Shown in pieces: positions 10,703-19,959 of a DNA stretch of 64,000 nucleotides. The notes below the pieces were generated by a model. That model saw only the letters and a list, made by a program, of their open reading frames with translations, was not told the origin of the DNA and made no database searches. Source of the stretch: Pseudomonadota bacterium (lineage in GTDB: Bacteria; Pseudomonadota; Alphaproteobacteria; Rickettsiales; UBA8987); assembly GCA_048498735.1 (NCBI GenBank), contig JBEHXK010000001.1, positions 16,332 to 80,331 of the forward strand. The letters run 5' to 3'. Within the stretch, counting starts at the first letter, position 1, and each line of letters opens with the position of its first letter. The position numbers were made by a program, and so were the translations under genes.

Positions 10703-10806
10703 CCTTAAGCTATCTTTATGAATTTTTTATCTTTTTTAGTCTGAATCATATTTGTTTATAATGTGTCCTGCGGGAAAATCATTCAATAAACTAATAGGTG
10801 AGGAAT

Positions 10807-11013
10807 ATGAAATTTTTGATCAATATATCTGTTATAATTGTGACGACTATGAGTCTTAGTGGATGCCTTTTATTTGCAGCTGGAGCTGGAGCAGGCGCTG
10901 GCTATGTAGCCGCAGATAACAGCGATAAAAACAAACCGCACACAACAACAGAAACTACGACCACAAATTCTGATGGCAGTGTTACTACTCAAAAAACAAC
11001 ACAAAAATATTAA
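10807..11013 (+). CDS. small lipoprotein, Thr-rich
   Basis: Signal peptide ending in lipobox LSGC; ATG 10807. Confidence 0.6.
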   Translation: MKFLINISVIIVTTMSLSGCLLFAAGAGAGAGYVAADNSDKNKPHTTTETTTTNSDGSVTTQKTTQKY

Positions 11014-11065
11014 TAGACTATTTTATTCTGGCGGGTTTACCTTATATTAATAAGGTAAACCTATT

Positions 11066-12358
11066 ATGCCGACACTTTTCGAGAACATAAACACATCACC
11101 ATTGCCAGACCTGCTTCGGCCTAAAGATTTTGCCGATGTTGTAGGGCAGGAGCATTTGCTTAAAGATGGCGGCGTTTTGGATAATTTTGCCAAAACCGGT
11201 TATCTGCCATCGGTAATATTGTGGGGCTTTCCAGGCAGTGGCAAAACTACCCTGGCAAATATAATAGCGCGTAAGAGCAAGAAGCATCTTGAAATGCTCA
11301 CAGCCATAAACGCAGGTGTGGCCGACCTGAAAAAAGTTTTCGCCGAAGCGGAGAAGCGTCGTAAAGACGGTATGGATACCATCTTATTCATAGATGAAAT
11401 CCATCGCTTTAATCGCGCCCAGCAAGATGTTTTTCTTCCCTATATAGAAAACGGCACAATAACTCTTATAGGTGCCACAACTGAAAATCCCTCATTTGAA
11501 CTTAACAGTGCATTACTTTCGCGTTGTAAGGTCTTAACCCTTGATAGGCTTAATGATGAAGCCTTGTTAAAGCTTATTAAAAGAGCAGAAGATTATTATA
11601 AAAGACCAATTCCATTAAATGATGATTCTAAAATTGCATTTGTAAAAATGGCGGATGGGGATGGTCGTGTGCTTTTAAATATGGCTGAGGAATTGTTCAA
11701 TTTACCTAACCAAACTCCCTTAGATACTAATGAGTTAATTAAAATCATACAAAAACGCATGCCCATTTATGATAAAAACAAGGAAGGGCATTATAACCTT
11801 ATTTCAGCATTACATAAGTCATTGCGCGGTTCTGATGTTAATGCGGCTCTTTATTGGTATGCCCGAATGTTAGATGGTGGTGAGGATCCATTATATATTT
11901 CACGCCGCCTTATACGTTTTGCCTCGGAGGATATAGGTCTTGCCGATCCTGAAGCATTGGTTCAGGCTTTATCGGCAAAGCAGGCTTATGAGATATTAGG
12001 TTCGCCGGAAGGTGAGTTGTGTATTACTCAGGCGGTTATATATCTTGCCAATGCCCCAAAATCTAATGCATCATATACAGCTCACAGTAAGGCAATGCGC
12101 GCCGCTTCCGAATATGGATCGTTAATGCCGCCAAAACATATCCTTAATGCCCCAACAAAATTTATGAAATCGGAAGGATACAGCGAAGGATATATATACG
12201 ATCATGATACACCGGAAGGTTTTTCAGGACAAAATTATTTCCCTGAAAAAATGAAACGGCTTGATATTTACATGCCGCAAGAACGCGGTTTTGAACGCGA
12301 AATACAAAAACGTATGGATTATTGGGATAAGTTGCGCCGCGAAAAAACGCAAAAATAA
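11066..12358 (+). CDS. rarA: replication-associated recombination protein A (AAA+ ATPase)
   Basis: Walker A GFPGSGKTTLA, Walker B FIDEIHRFN, MgsA C-terminal domain (HYNLISALHKSLRGSD). Confidence 0.95.
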   Translation: MPTLFENINTSPLPDLLRPKDFADVVGQEHLLKDGGVLDNFAKTGYLPSVILWGFPGSGKTTLANIIARKSKKHLEMLTAINAGVADLKKVFAEAEKRRKDGMDTILFIDEIHRFNRAQQDVFLPYIENGTITLIGATTENPSFELNSALLSRCKVLTLDRLNDEALLKLIKRAEDYYKRPIPLNDDSKIAFVKMADGDGRVLLNMAEELFNLPNQTPLDTNELIKIIQKRMPIYDKNKEGHYNLISALHKSLRGSDVNAALYWYARMLDGGEDPLYISRRLIRFASEDIGLADPEALVQALSAKQAYEILGSPEGELCITQAVIYLANAPKSNASYTAHSKAMRAASEYGSLMPPKHILNAPTKFMKSEGYSEGYIYDHDTPEGFSGQNYFPEKMKRLDIYMPQERGFEREIQKRMDYWDKLRREKTQK

Positions 12359-12417
12359 TTTATATTAATCTTATTATTCACTCACTGTTTTGGGATATAA
12401 ACTTTATTTGATGACTG

Positions 12418-12447
12418 CCATGGTTTTCTATACTTAACCAACCATGG
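12418..12447 (+). promoter_or_regulatory. 8-bp inverted repeat (CCATGGTT n14 AACCATGG) whose 3' arm overlaps the GGAG Shine-Dalgarno of the next gene
   Basis: Read directly; SD 12446-12449, ATG 12455. Confidence 0.3.
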
Positions 12448-12454
12448 AGTTTCT

Positions 12455-12721
12455 ATGCCACAAGGAGATAAATCATCATACACTGATAAACAGAAAAGAC
12501 AGGCAGAGCATATTGAAGAAGGCTACGAAAAAAAAGGTGTCTCAAAAAAAGAATCAGAAAAGCGTGCATGGGCTACGGTAAATGATAGAACCGGTGGTGG
12601 AAAAAAATCTGGCAGCGGTAAGAAAAGTTCTTCCAAAAAATCTACAGCAAAGTCCAAATCTTCATCAAAAAAAAGGGTCCAACAAAAGCGCACAGAAAAA
12701 AGGTGGCAAGGATGCGGCTAA
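12455..12721 (+). CDS. small lysine/serine-rich basic protein (general-stress-like family); C-terminus frame-ambiguous at an A8 run
   Basis: MPQGDKSSYTDKQKRQAEHIEEGYEKKGVSKKESEKRAWATVN resembles small hydrophilic proteins common in proteobacteria; the +1 frame after A8 (12667-12674) continues K/S-rich to TAA 12753-12755. Confidence 0.6.
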   Translation: MPQGDKSSYTDKQKRQAEHIEEGYEKKGVSKKESEKRAWATVNDRTGGGKKSGSGKKSSSKKSTAKSKSSSKKRVQQKRTEKRWQGCG

Positions 12722-12772
12722 AAAAAGAACCTCAAAAACAAAATCAAGAAAATAATACAGAGACTTATTTCT

Positions 12773-12825
12773 AATAAGCGATGAGCCTTCTTTATAAGGC
12801 TTTCTATTAAGCTGTATCGCTTATT
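12773..12825 (+). terminator. nested stem-loop (outer AATAAGCGAT/ATCGCTTATT, inner AGCCTT/AAGGCT), possible terminator or insulator
   Basis: Read directly; followed by T/A-rich tail TTATTTATAT rather than a clean T-run. Confidence 0.3.
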
Positions 12826-12871
12826 TATATAGAAATTAGTACTATCAAATTTGAATCAATAGGAGAGTAAC

Positions 12872-13441
12872 ATGGTAAATACCCCTTCACGTAGAAATAT
12901 GAATGAGAATCAGAATGCTAAATGTAAACCTGAAGATAGGTTTTGTGGAATAGACGATGCTGGTGGTGCTGGGACAAAAAACACGACTGGTAAAAAAAGC
13001 CAATTAGATAAAGAATATTCAAAAGAAGAAAATATACAAAAACCTAAAACTGCGAAAAATAATGCATATGATCATGCTGGAAAAGAAGGATATAACTCTC
13101 CTTCTGAAAGAGAAGGGACGGTAAAACATCCAAAATCTGTTCATGAAGTAAAAAACTCAAATGATAGTATGGCTCGTAACCCTCGTGATGTAATGGGTAC
13201 AACAAACCCGGCAAAGGCATTTAATGAAACTGATCTGGGAAAGGATCTTCCAAATCTATATGTGGAAGAAAGTTCAGATGTTGACCCTAATCAAATGAGC
13301 CGTAGCGAGGAAATGGAGCTTGAGAACAATACAGAACTTAATATGGAATATAAAAACCGTAAGAAGGCTAATTTTCTTGGTAACGAAAGCCTATCTGATT
13401 TAACTATGCTTACAGGTCAGACAAAAAGAACGCTTAACTAG
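12872..13441 (+). CDS. hypothetical hydrophilic, probably disordered protein
   Basis: RBS AGGAGAG 7 nt upstream of the ATG; N/K/E-rich; no recognisable motif. Confidence 0.5.
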   Translation: MVNTPSRRNMNENQNAKCKPEDRFCGIDDAGGAGTKNTTGKKSQLDKEYSKEENIQKPKTAKNNAYDHAGKEGYNSPSEREGTVKHPKSVHEVKNSNDSMARNPRDVMGTTNPAKAFNETDLGKDLPNLYVEESSDVDPNQMSRSEEMELENNTELNMEYKNRKKANFLGNESLSDLTMLTGQTKRTLN

Positions 13442-13448
13442 AAAATAT

Positions 13449-13472
13449 AAACCCCGCATTTGCGGGGTTTAT
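13449..13472. terminator. bidirectional rho-independent terminator
   Basis: AAACCCCGCATTTGCGGGGTTT between convergent genes, A/T tracts on both sides. Confidence 0.8.
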
Positions 13473-13480
13473 GTTATCAA

Positions 13481-14797
13481 TTATAGATGAGACCAGTCAT
13501 GGTGTTTAACTTTTTCACCATGGTAATCATCCAAACCAGCAGTTTGTTCTTTCTCGGTTGCGCGTACCGGCATGAACACATTCACTATTCTGATGATCAA
13601 GTAGGTAACGATCATAGAGTAGAACGCTACAACCACAGTGCCAACAAGATTAGCAACAAATAGTTTTGTTTCTCCGCTAACGAACAATCCCTGAACTGTA
13701 AGAGAGCCATTTACCGCCTTATCGGCAAATGCGCCCGTAAGTATAGAGCCAACAACTGCCCCAACACCGTGGCATGCAAAAACATCAAGTGCATCATCCA
13801 AATGGCTGAGTTTTTTCATGAATTCAGCCGAAAGATTGCAAACGATACCGGCTATCACACACATGAAAATGCATGATTGCAGGTCAACATAACCTGCTGC
13901 AGGTGTTATACATACAAGGCCTACAACAATACCTGTTGCAGCGCCAACTGCAGTGGGGCGGCCAAGTCTGATCCAGTCAACCACCATCCAGGTCAGGAAT
14001 GATGTTGCTCCACCAATGAATGTCAGCATGAATGCATGAGCTGCTAAAACACCCGATGTGAGTGCTGAACCGGCATTGAAGCCGAACCAGCCAAACCACA
14101 GAAGTGCGGCACCAAGCATGATCATAGTAATATCATTTGGAAGGGTATGTATTTCACGATATCTGCGGCCATATAGAAGTGCTGCCACAAGGCCAGAGAA
14201 ACCTGCTGTTATATGAACTACCAAGCCACCTGCAAAATCAATACCGCCAAGATTCGCTATCCAGCCTTTAGGTCCCCATACCCAGTGAGCAACCGGAACA
14301 TAAACAAGTAAGCTCCATAGCCCCATTATTATGAGCCAAGGCCTGAATCTTACACGTTCAGCGAATGCGCCAGTTATTAGAGCGGGAGTTATAATTGCAA
14401 ACATCATTTGGAAGGCGATGAAAGCATATTGAGGTACGGATGCTGCTTCATAAACCTGGTTCTGCATGCCCTTTAGCATAAAGGCACTAAAACCACCGAT
14501 AAATCCGCTATGTTCAGTAAATACCAGGCTGTAACCAGCTATTACCCATATAACACCAACAAGCGCCAGCGCTGCATAGTTTTGTAATAACGTTGAAACC
14601 ACGTTCTTAACGCTAACCATGCCCGCATAGAAAAATGCGAGGCCAGGTGTCATTAACATTACAAGTGCCGCAGATACCAAAAGCCATGCAGTATTTCCTG
14701 TATCAACGGTAGGTGTAGCCGCAGCTGGCGTATCAGCTAATGCTGGGAAAGCCATCATAAAATAAAACAGTGCAGCAAGCTTCGTAAAATGCTTCAT
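13481..14797 (-). CDS. amtB: ammonium transporter
   Basis: Signal peptide plus 11 TM; DFAGGLVVHITAGFSGL, FGWFGFNAGS, CHGVGAVVGSILTG. Confidence 0.95.
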   Translation of the reverse strand: MKHFTKLAALFYFMMAFPALADTPAAATPTVDTGNTAWLLVSAALVMLMTPGLAFFYAGMVSVKNVVSTLLQNYAALALVGVIWVIAGYSLVFTEHSGFIGGFSAFMLKGMQNQVYEAASVPQYAFIAFQMMFAIITPALITGAFAERVRFRPWLIIMGLWSLLVYVPVAHWVWGPKGWIANLGGIDFAGGLVVHITAGFSGLVAALLYGRRYREIHTLPNDITMIMLGAALLWFGWFGFNAGSALTSGVLAAHAFMLTFIGGATSFLTWMVVDWIRLGRPTAVGAATGIVVGLVCITPAAGYVDLQSCIFMCVIAGIVCNLSAEFMKKLSHLDDALDVFACHGVGAVVGSILTGAFADKAVNGSLTVQGLFVSGETKLFVANLVGTVVVAFYSMIVTYLIIRIVNVFMPVRATEKEQTAGLDDYHGEKVKHHDWSHL

Positions 14798-14877
14798 CGT
14801 AACTCCTTAGGATTTTTGGAATAAATTATATGAAACTTATAATTATGAAGCTTTAGGGAAAAGTAAACAGATTAAAT

Positions 14878-16434
14878 TCAAATTATAAAATATTGTTTCA
14901 GATAGTTGATGAAATGGTCATAGTCTGGAATATTAGAGCGATATGCCACATACATATCAGGGCGTATAAGATATATACCACATTTTACTATCCCAAATTC
15001 CTTCAGCAGATAAGGTTTTTCTAAACTTGGGCTGATAAAGTGGACAGAGAATATATCAATATTATTATCTGCGAATTCCCTGATCTTAAACCAGCCACTT
15101 TGTTGAGGGATACCAAAAAATATCAGATGAAATTTTTTTCCTTCCAGATAACTGGTTATACTACATGGCGCCCTGTCACCAGGCATTGGTGAATGTGAAG
15201 AAAATGAGCCCTTAGAAGCTTTTTTTGTAAGGCCTGTTTGTCTGTAATTGATATTAACTTCTGAGATTATCTTGAATATATTGGTCTTCAATTTTTTGAA
15301 ATCCATAAAAAATTTAATAGCTCTCATTACAATAGGTATAATAACTTTTCTTATATTTTTGTTTTTCCCCCTGATTAATAAATGAAACATCTTATCAGTT
15401 GTGTGAACCAGTTTTTCTGCCACTTTTATTCGCTCTTCACTATAGGTAGAAAGCAGTTTTTCTTGAGCCTTTCCATGTAAAACAAGGCTTAGTTTCCAGC
15501 CGAGATTATATGCATCCTGAATTCCTGTGTTCATACCTTGTCCGCCTACAGGGCTATGGATATGAGCGGCATCTCCAGCTATAAAACACCTGCCAACCTG
15601 GAAATTCGGAGCGAATCTATGATGAGCATGATAAACGGCAAGCCATTTGGGGTCGTAGAGTTTAATTTTTGCCTGTAATTTATTTGCAAAATCATGGTTT
15701 ATTTCATCAAACTTAATTTCCTTTTTTCCCTCTAATTCACCAGGCAATATGCCGATCACGCGATAACGCTCATTGGTCATTGGAAAAAAGCCGGCAAAAG
15801 GAATTTTATCTGAGATGAACATGTTTATCTCACTTGCCTTTTGATCTAGGTCAGCCTTACAATCTAATACATATAATGAGGCCGGGTAAGTGCTGCCTTT
15901 AAACGTCATTCCAAGTTTTTCGCGTATAATGCTGTGCGAGCCATCAGTACCAACCAGATATTTAAATTCTGCACTCTCATTTGAATTATCTGCTTTCCTT
16001 AAATTTACTGTAACGCCAACATTATACTGGGCAAAATCCACAAGCTCTGTATTTCTCTCTATCGTAACTCCTCTTTTTTCCAGGAATTCTATAAGCAGTT
16101 TTTCGGTTTTAGATTGCTCCAGCATCAATACAAATGGGAACTTTGTTATATTCTTTTCAAACCCCTTCATTTCAATATGAATTATCTGCTTGCCATTGAA
16201 CCAGCTATTAACCCCTTCAGTAACCTTACCTTTTTCTATGAACTTGTCGACCAAACCCAATTGATCCAATATTTCAAGGGTTCGTGCCTGTATTACGAGG
16301 GCGCGTGATTGTTTGGTTGCTTCTGCGTTTTTATCTATTATCCGAAAATTTATATCATTAATGGCAAGCTGAGCTGCAAGCATTAATCCTGTTGGCCCGG
16401 CACCTACTATAAGAACTTCACTTTGATTGGACAT
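14878..16434 (-). CDS. FAD-dependent aromatic-ring monooxygenase (PHBH/phenol hydroxylase-like, thioredoxin-like C-domain)
   Basis: VLIVGAGPTGL, GTDGSHSIIR, AGDAAHIHSPVGGQGMNTGIQDAYNLGWKL. Confidence 0.85.
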   Translation of the reverse strand: MSNQSEVLIVGAGPTGLMLAAQLAINDINFRIIDKNAEATKQSRALVIQARTLEILDQLGLVDKFIEKGKVTEGVNSWFNGKQIIHIEMKGFEKNITKFPFVLMLEQSKTEKLLIEFLEKRGVTIERNTELVDFAQYNVGVTVNLRKADNSNESAEFKYLVGTDGSHSIIREKLGMTFKGSTYPASLYVLDCKADLDQKASEINMFISDKIPFAGFFPMTNERYRVIGILPGELEGKKEIKFDEINHDFANKLQAKIKLYDPKWLAVYHAHHRFAPNFQVGRCFIAGDAAHIHSPVGGQGMNTGIQDAYNLGWKLSLVLHGKAQEKLLSTYSEERIKVAEKLVHTTDKMFHLLIRGKNKNIRKVIIPIVMRAIKFFMDFKKLKTNIFKIISEVNINYRQTGLTKKASKGSFSSHSPMPGDRAPCSITSYLEGKKFHLIFFGIPQQSGWFKIREFADNNIDIFSVHFISPSLEKPYLLKEFGIVKCGIYLIRPDMYVAYRSNIPDYDHFINYLKQYFII

Positions 16435-16519
16435 TGATATTATTTATTTTATAAAAGCTTAATGGTTTTCTAGATAAAAATTATATAATTGTAACCACAA
16501 TAATTGATAAACAGTCTAT

Positions 16520-17659
16520 ATGGAAAGGCTTACCAAATTTTTTAAGCAAGAATCTGCCGGTGGAATGGTGATGATAATTGCGGCAACAATGGCCATGATT
16601 ATGGCTAATTCCCAGGGTTTAGATTTATATAACAGATTTATATCCATGCCAGTTGGGAACATGAATCTAAATATTGTTGTAAAAGATGTCCTCATGGTCC
16701 TGTTTTTCTTTCAGATAGGAATGGAGTTGAAAGAAGAGGTTAAAGAGGGGTTTTTAAAGAATCGGGATCAGGTGTTATTGCCTTTTCTTGCAGCGTCTGG
16801 TGGAATTGTAGTTCCGGCACTGATATATATCTTGTTTAATTCAGGGAATGAAGAGGTGGTCAGGGGGTGGGCAATTCCTTCCGCTACAGATATAGCTTTT
16901 GCATTGTGTGTATTAAGCCTTGTGGCAAAAAATATATCGCCGTCAATTAGAATATTTTTGTTGGCGATAGCTATATTTGATGATTTGGGAGCAATACTTA
17001 TAATTGCAATATTTTATAGTGAAAAACTTCATTATCTGCCGATTTTATTAATCGGAATAACAACTTTAGTTCTATATTTATTAAACCGCTATAATGTCAC
17101 GTTTCGAGGAGCTTATTTGGCTGGCGGTATAGTTTTATGGTTTCTGTTGCACAAGGCAGGAATTCACACAACTATTGCTGGTGTTATCGTTGGCCTTATG
17201 ATCCCGATGTATAATAAAGATAAAAACTATTCTCCACTTAAGAAAACTTCTGAAACCCTTCATCCCTTTGTGTCATTTTTTATACTGCCGTTATTTGCTT
17301 TTGTCAGCTCAGGTATAATTTTTGACGGCAGGATAATGAATGATCTTTTTAACCCAGTTTCATTAGGTATAATATCGGGTCTTTTTCTGGGCAAACAGCT
17401 GGGAATATTCATATCCGTTCTTTTAGCCATAAAGTTAAAAATTGCTTCTCGGCCTGAGGGATCAACTTGGCAGGAGCTATATTTGGTTTCCATTATTGCA
17501 GGTATAGGTTTTACAATGAGTTTATTTATAAGCCAGCTTGCCTTTACTAATGACCTGTTCAGGGAAGAGGCGAAAGTGGGCATCGTAGCAGGCTCGCTGT
17601 TTTCTGCGCTTGTTGGGACCGGATTTTATAAAGCTGTGTCTAGACTATCAAAAAAATAA
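16520..17659 (+). CDS. nhaA: Na+/H+ antiporter NhaA
   Basis: SATDIAFAL, AIAIFDDLGAI (paired Asp), about 12 TM. Confidence 0.95.
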   Translation: MERLTKFFKQESAGGMVMIIAATMAMIMANSQGLDLYNRFISMPVGNMNLNIVVKDVLMVLFFFQIGMELKEEVKEGFLKNRDQVLLPFLAASGGIVVPALIYILFNSGNEEVVRGWAIPSATDIAFALCVLSLVAKNISPSIRIFLLAIAIFDDLGAILIIAIFYSEKLHYLPILLIGITTLVLYLLNRYNVTFRGAYLAGGIVLWFLLHKAGIHTTIAGVIVGLMIPMYNKDKNYSPLKKTSETLHPFVSFFILPLFAFVSSGIIFDGRIMNDLFNPVSLGIISGLFLGKQLGIFISVLLAIKLKIASRPEGSTWQELYLVSIIAGIGFTMSLFISQLAFTNDLFREEAKVGIVAGSLFSALVGTGFYKAVSRLSKK

Positions 17660-17689
17660 TTCTTGTGATTTTTAAACTGTGTGATAGAA

Positions 17690-17800
17690 GATCGGCCTCT
17701 CTAGGGGAGTAACCTCTTCCATATGGAAGGAGAGCGTCAACATACTTAACCTTTTAGGTTATGGCGCTATCGACAATAGTTTGGTGAGACCTACGATGAA
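17690..17800 (+). promoter_or_regulatory. yybP-ykoY-type manganese riboswitch aptamer (candidate)
   Basis: GGGGAGTA (17704-17711) in an internal loop flanked by CTCT/AGAG and a CTTCC-ATAT-GGAAG hairpin; GTCAACATAC (17736-17745); GGTGAGACC (17783-17791); lies in the 5' leader of a UPF0016 metal transporter. Confidence 0.72.
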
Positions 17801-17812
17801 TATACCGGCAAT

Positions 17813-17857
17813 CTCGGGCGGTATGTTCTGTCGTAGTAACCGCCCGGGCTTTTGTTT
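17813..17857 (+). terminator. intrinsic terminator acting as the riboswitch expression platform
   Basis: CTCGGGCGGT n16 ACCGCCCGGG followed by CTTTTGTTT, 4 nt before the ATG at 17862. Confidence 0.7.
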
Positions 17858-17861
17858 AAAT

Positions 17862-18416
17862 ATGGATATTCTTATAAGTTCGTTTTCGTTAGTTGCGCTT
17901 GCTGAAATAGGTGATAAAACCCAGCTTCTATCAATTCTTCTTGCTGCAAGGTTTAAAAATTTCTGGCCAATATTTTTTGGTGTTCTTATAGCCACTATAG
18001 TTAACCACGCTGGCTCCGCATATGTAGGTAAGGTTATTTCTGAGTATGTAACTGGTAATACGTTAAACTATATAACTTCTGCTATATTCATTGTTTTGGG
18101 TTTCTGGCTGTTGATACCTGATAAAATGGATGAAGATGTTACCAGAAAGGATGATGGTGTATTTATAACCAGCCTTATAACGTTCTTTTTAGCGGAGATG
18201 GGTGATAAAACGCAGTTCGCAACCATTACGCTTGGCGCAGAATATAGTAATACCTGGTTAGTTATAATAGGAACGACAATTGGAATGATGTTTGCCAATA
18301 CACCGGCAATATTGTTTGGCGAAAAAATACTTAAAGTAATTCCATTAAAAAAATTCAGAATTATAGCGAGCTTATTCTTTATAGGCTTTGGAATTTATAT
18401 CCAATTCCATAAATAA
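17862..18416 (+). CDS. UPF0016 (GDT1/TMEM165/MneA) family cation (Mn2+/Ca2+) transporter
   Basis: Two E-x-G-D-K-T motifs (AEIGDKTQ, AEMGDKTQ), 6 TM; start moved to ATG 17862 because the longer ORF runs through the riboswitch. Confidence 0.88.
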   Translation: MDILISSFSLVALAEIGDKTQLLSILLAARFKNFWPIFFGVLIATIVNHAGSAYVGKVISEYVTGNTLNYITSAIFIVLGFWLLIPDKMDEDVTRKDDGVFITSLITFFLAEMGDKTQFATITLGAEYSNTWLVIIGTTIGMMFANTPAILFGEKILKVIPLKKFRIIASLFFIGFGIYIQFHK

Positions 18417-18418
18417 AT

Positions 18419-18682
18419 TCAGTTTTTACGAATGTTTTCCTGATTTTTAGGGATATCAGTTAGTTTGAATTCCGGCTCTCCTTTGCTTGCCTGAGAAGCA
18501 AATAGGAATTTAACTATATAAAAAACAACTGATAATATTATTACTATATAAAGCAGATAATAAAGGTATTTAAAGGCTATTGCACCAGCACTGCCTTCGA
18601 AGAAAAATATTGAAAATATCATTCCGACAATAAAGAATGCGGTAATTCCAAATATAGATTTATTTTTCTTTTTTACGCCCAT
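18419..18682 (-). CDS. small membrane protein (2 TM), hypothetical
   Basis: Two hydrophobic helices, charged termini. Confidence 0.45.
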   Translation of the reverse strand: MGVKKKNKSIFGITAFFIVGMIFSIFFFEGSAGAIAFKYLYYLLYIVIILSVVFYIVKFLFASQASKGEPEFKLTDIPKNQENIRKN

Positions 18683-18838
18683 AGGCGATAATAACCCCTC
18701 TTATATAAAAACATTATTTCAAATGATCATTGAACACATAAATATTTCATAATGCTTTAAATAGGGCGAATAATATCAGTTTCTTATTGAAAATTTTAAT
18801 GTTTCAGTTCAGCTAATTAGTTAATTTAGGAAAGAAAC

Positions 18839-19957
18839 TTGGCTCAGGAATTACATATAGAATTTGATGAATCTGCTGGTGAAGTAAAAATAACCGGCCC
18901 ACTTGATCTATATCATTTGAGCAATGCAAAAAAACTGATCGCAGAATCAATTAAGCATGCCGGTAAAAAAACCAAACAAGTGATTATAGATACATCAGGT
19001 ATTACACATCTTGATACTGCCGGTGCTATGGTTCTTCACAATGCAGTTGCTGGAGATAAGGCGCAATTTAAAAACCTTACGGATGAGCAAAAATCGATAC
19101 TTTCTTTAATGGGAAAAGATCCAATAAAACTGCCACCGGTCAAAAAGCCAAGATCACCTTTTTATCGTGCTGTTGAGCATTTGGGGGCAGCAACAGTAAA
19201 GGCATATGATGATACAATTGAGATAATAACATTCTCTGGTCATGCGTTGGTTGCTTTGTTTGCAGCTCTTTCAAAACCTAATAAGTTACGCTTTGGTTCT
19301 ATTACCCATCATATTCAACAGATAGGAATGAACGGTATTCCAATAGTAAGCTTAATAGCTTTTTTAATAAGTATAGTGCTTGCGTACCAAGGGGAGGCGC
19401 AACTAAAACCTTTAGGTGCAGAGCAGTTCACGGTCAATCTTATAGCTATATCAGTTTTACGTGAGATGGGCGTAATGCTTACAGCAATTATGGTCGCAGG
19501 CCGATCCGGCAGTGCATTCACTGCAGAAATAGGTGTTATGAAGGTGCGTGAAGAAGTTGATGCCTTAAAAACTATCGGTATAGACCCGTTTGAAATATTG
19601 GTTGTGCCGCGACTCATAGCAATATTGATCTGCCTGCCATTACTCACTTTTATTGCAGATATGATGGGTTTATTTGGTGGGGCTATACTATCCTTAAGTA
19701 TAATAGGCATATCCCTTCCAGAATATCTTGATAGAGTTCATCATGCAGTAAAATTCAGCACATTTTATGTCGGATTTATTAAAGCGCCAATATTCGCATT
19801 TACTATTGCTATTGTGGGTTGTCTACATGGTCTTAAGGTCTCCGGTTCTTCTGAAAGTGTGGGGCGCGAAACGACCGCTTCCGTAGTAAAATCCATTTTT
19901 CTTGTGTTATTGCTTGATGCAATATTCTCAATCGTATTTCAAAAACTGGGTATTTGA
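18839..19957 (+). CDS. MlaE-family ABC permease with N-terminal STAS domain
   Basis: STAS-like N-domain (VIIDTSGITHLDTAGAMVLH), MlaE core (REMGVMLTAIMVAGRSGSAFTAEIGVMKVREEVDAL); TTG start. Confidence 0.88.
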   Translation: MAQELHIEFDESAGEVKITGPLDLYHLSNAKKLIAESIKHAGKKTKQVIIDTSGITHLDTAGAMVLHNAVAGDKAQFKNLTDEQKSILSLMGKDPIKLPPVKKPRSPFYRAVEHLGAATVKAYDDTIEIITFSGHALVALFAALSKPNKLRFGSITHHIQQIGMNGIPIVSLIAFLISIVLAYQGEAQLKPLGAEQFTVNLIAISVLREMGVMLTAIMVAGRSGSAFTAEIGVMKVREEVDALKTIGIDPFEILVVPRLIAILICLPLLTFIADMMGLFGGAILSLSIIGISLPEYLDRVHHAVKFSTFYVGFIKAPIFAFTIAIVGCLHGLKVSGSSESVGRETTASVVKSIFLVLLLDAIFSIVFQKLGI

Positions 19958-19959
19958 GC

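Noticed and set aside
17781-17861. Longer UPF0016 ORF starting at 17781
   Set aside because: It would translate through the riboswitch 3' arm and the terminator hairpin. ATG 17862 gives the normal family length (184 aa) with the first ExGDKT motif near the N-terminus.
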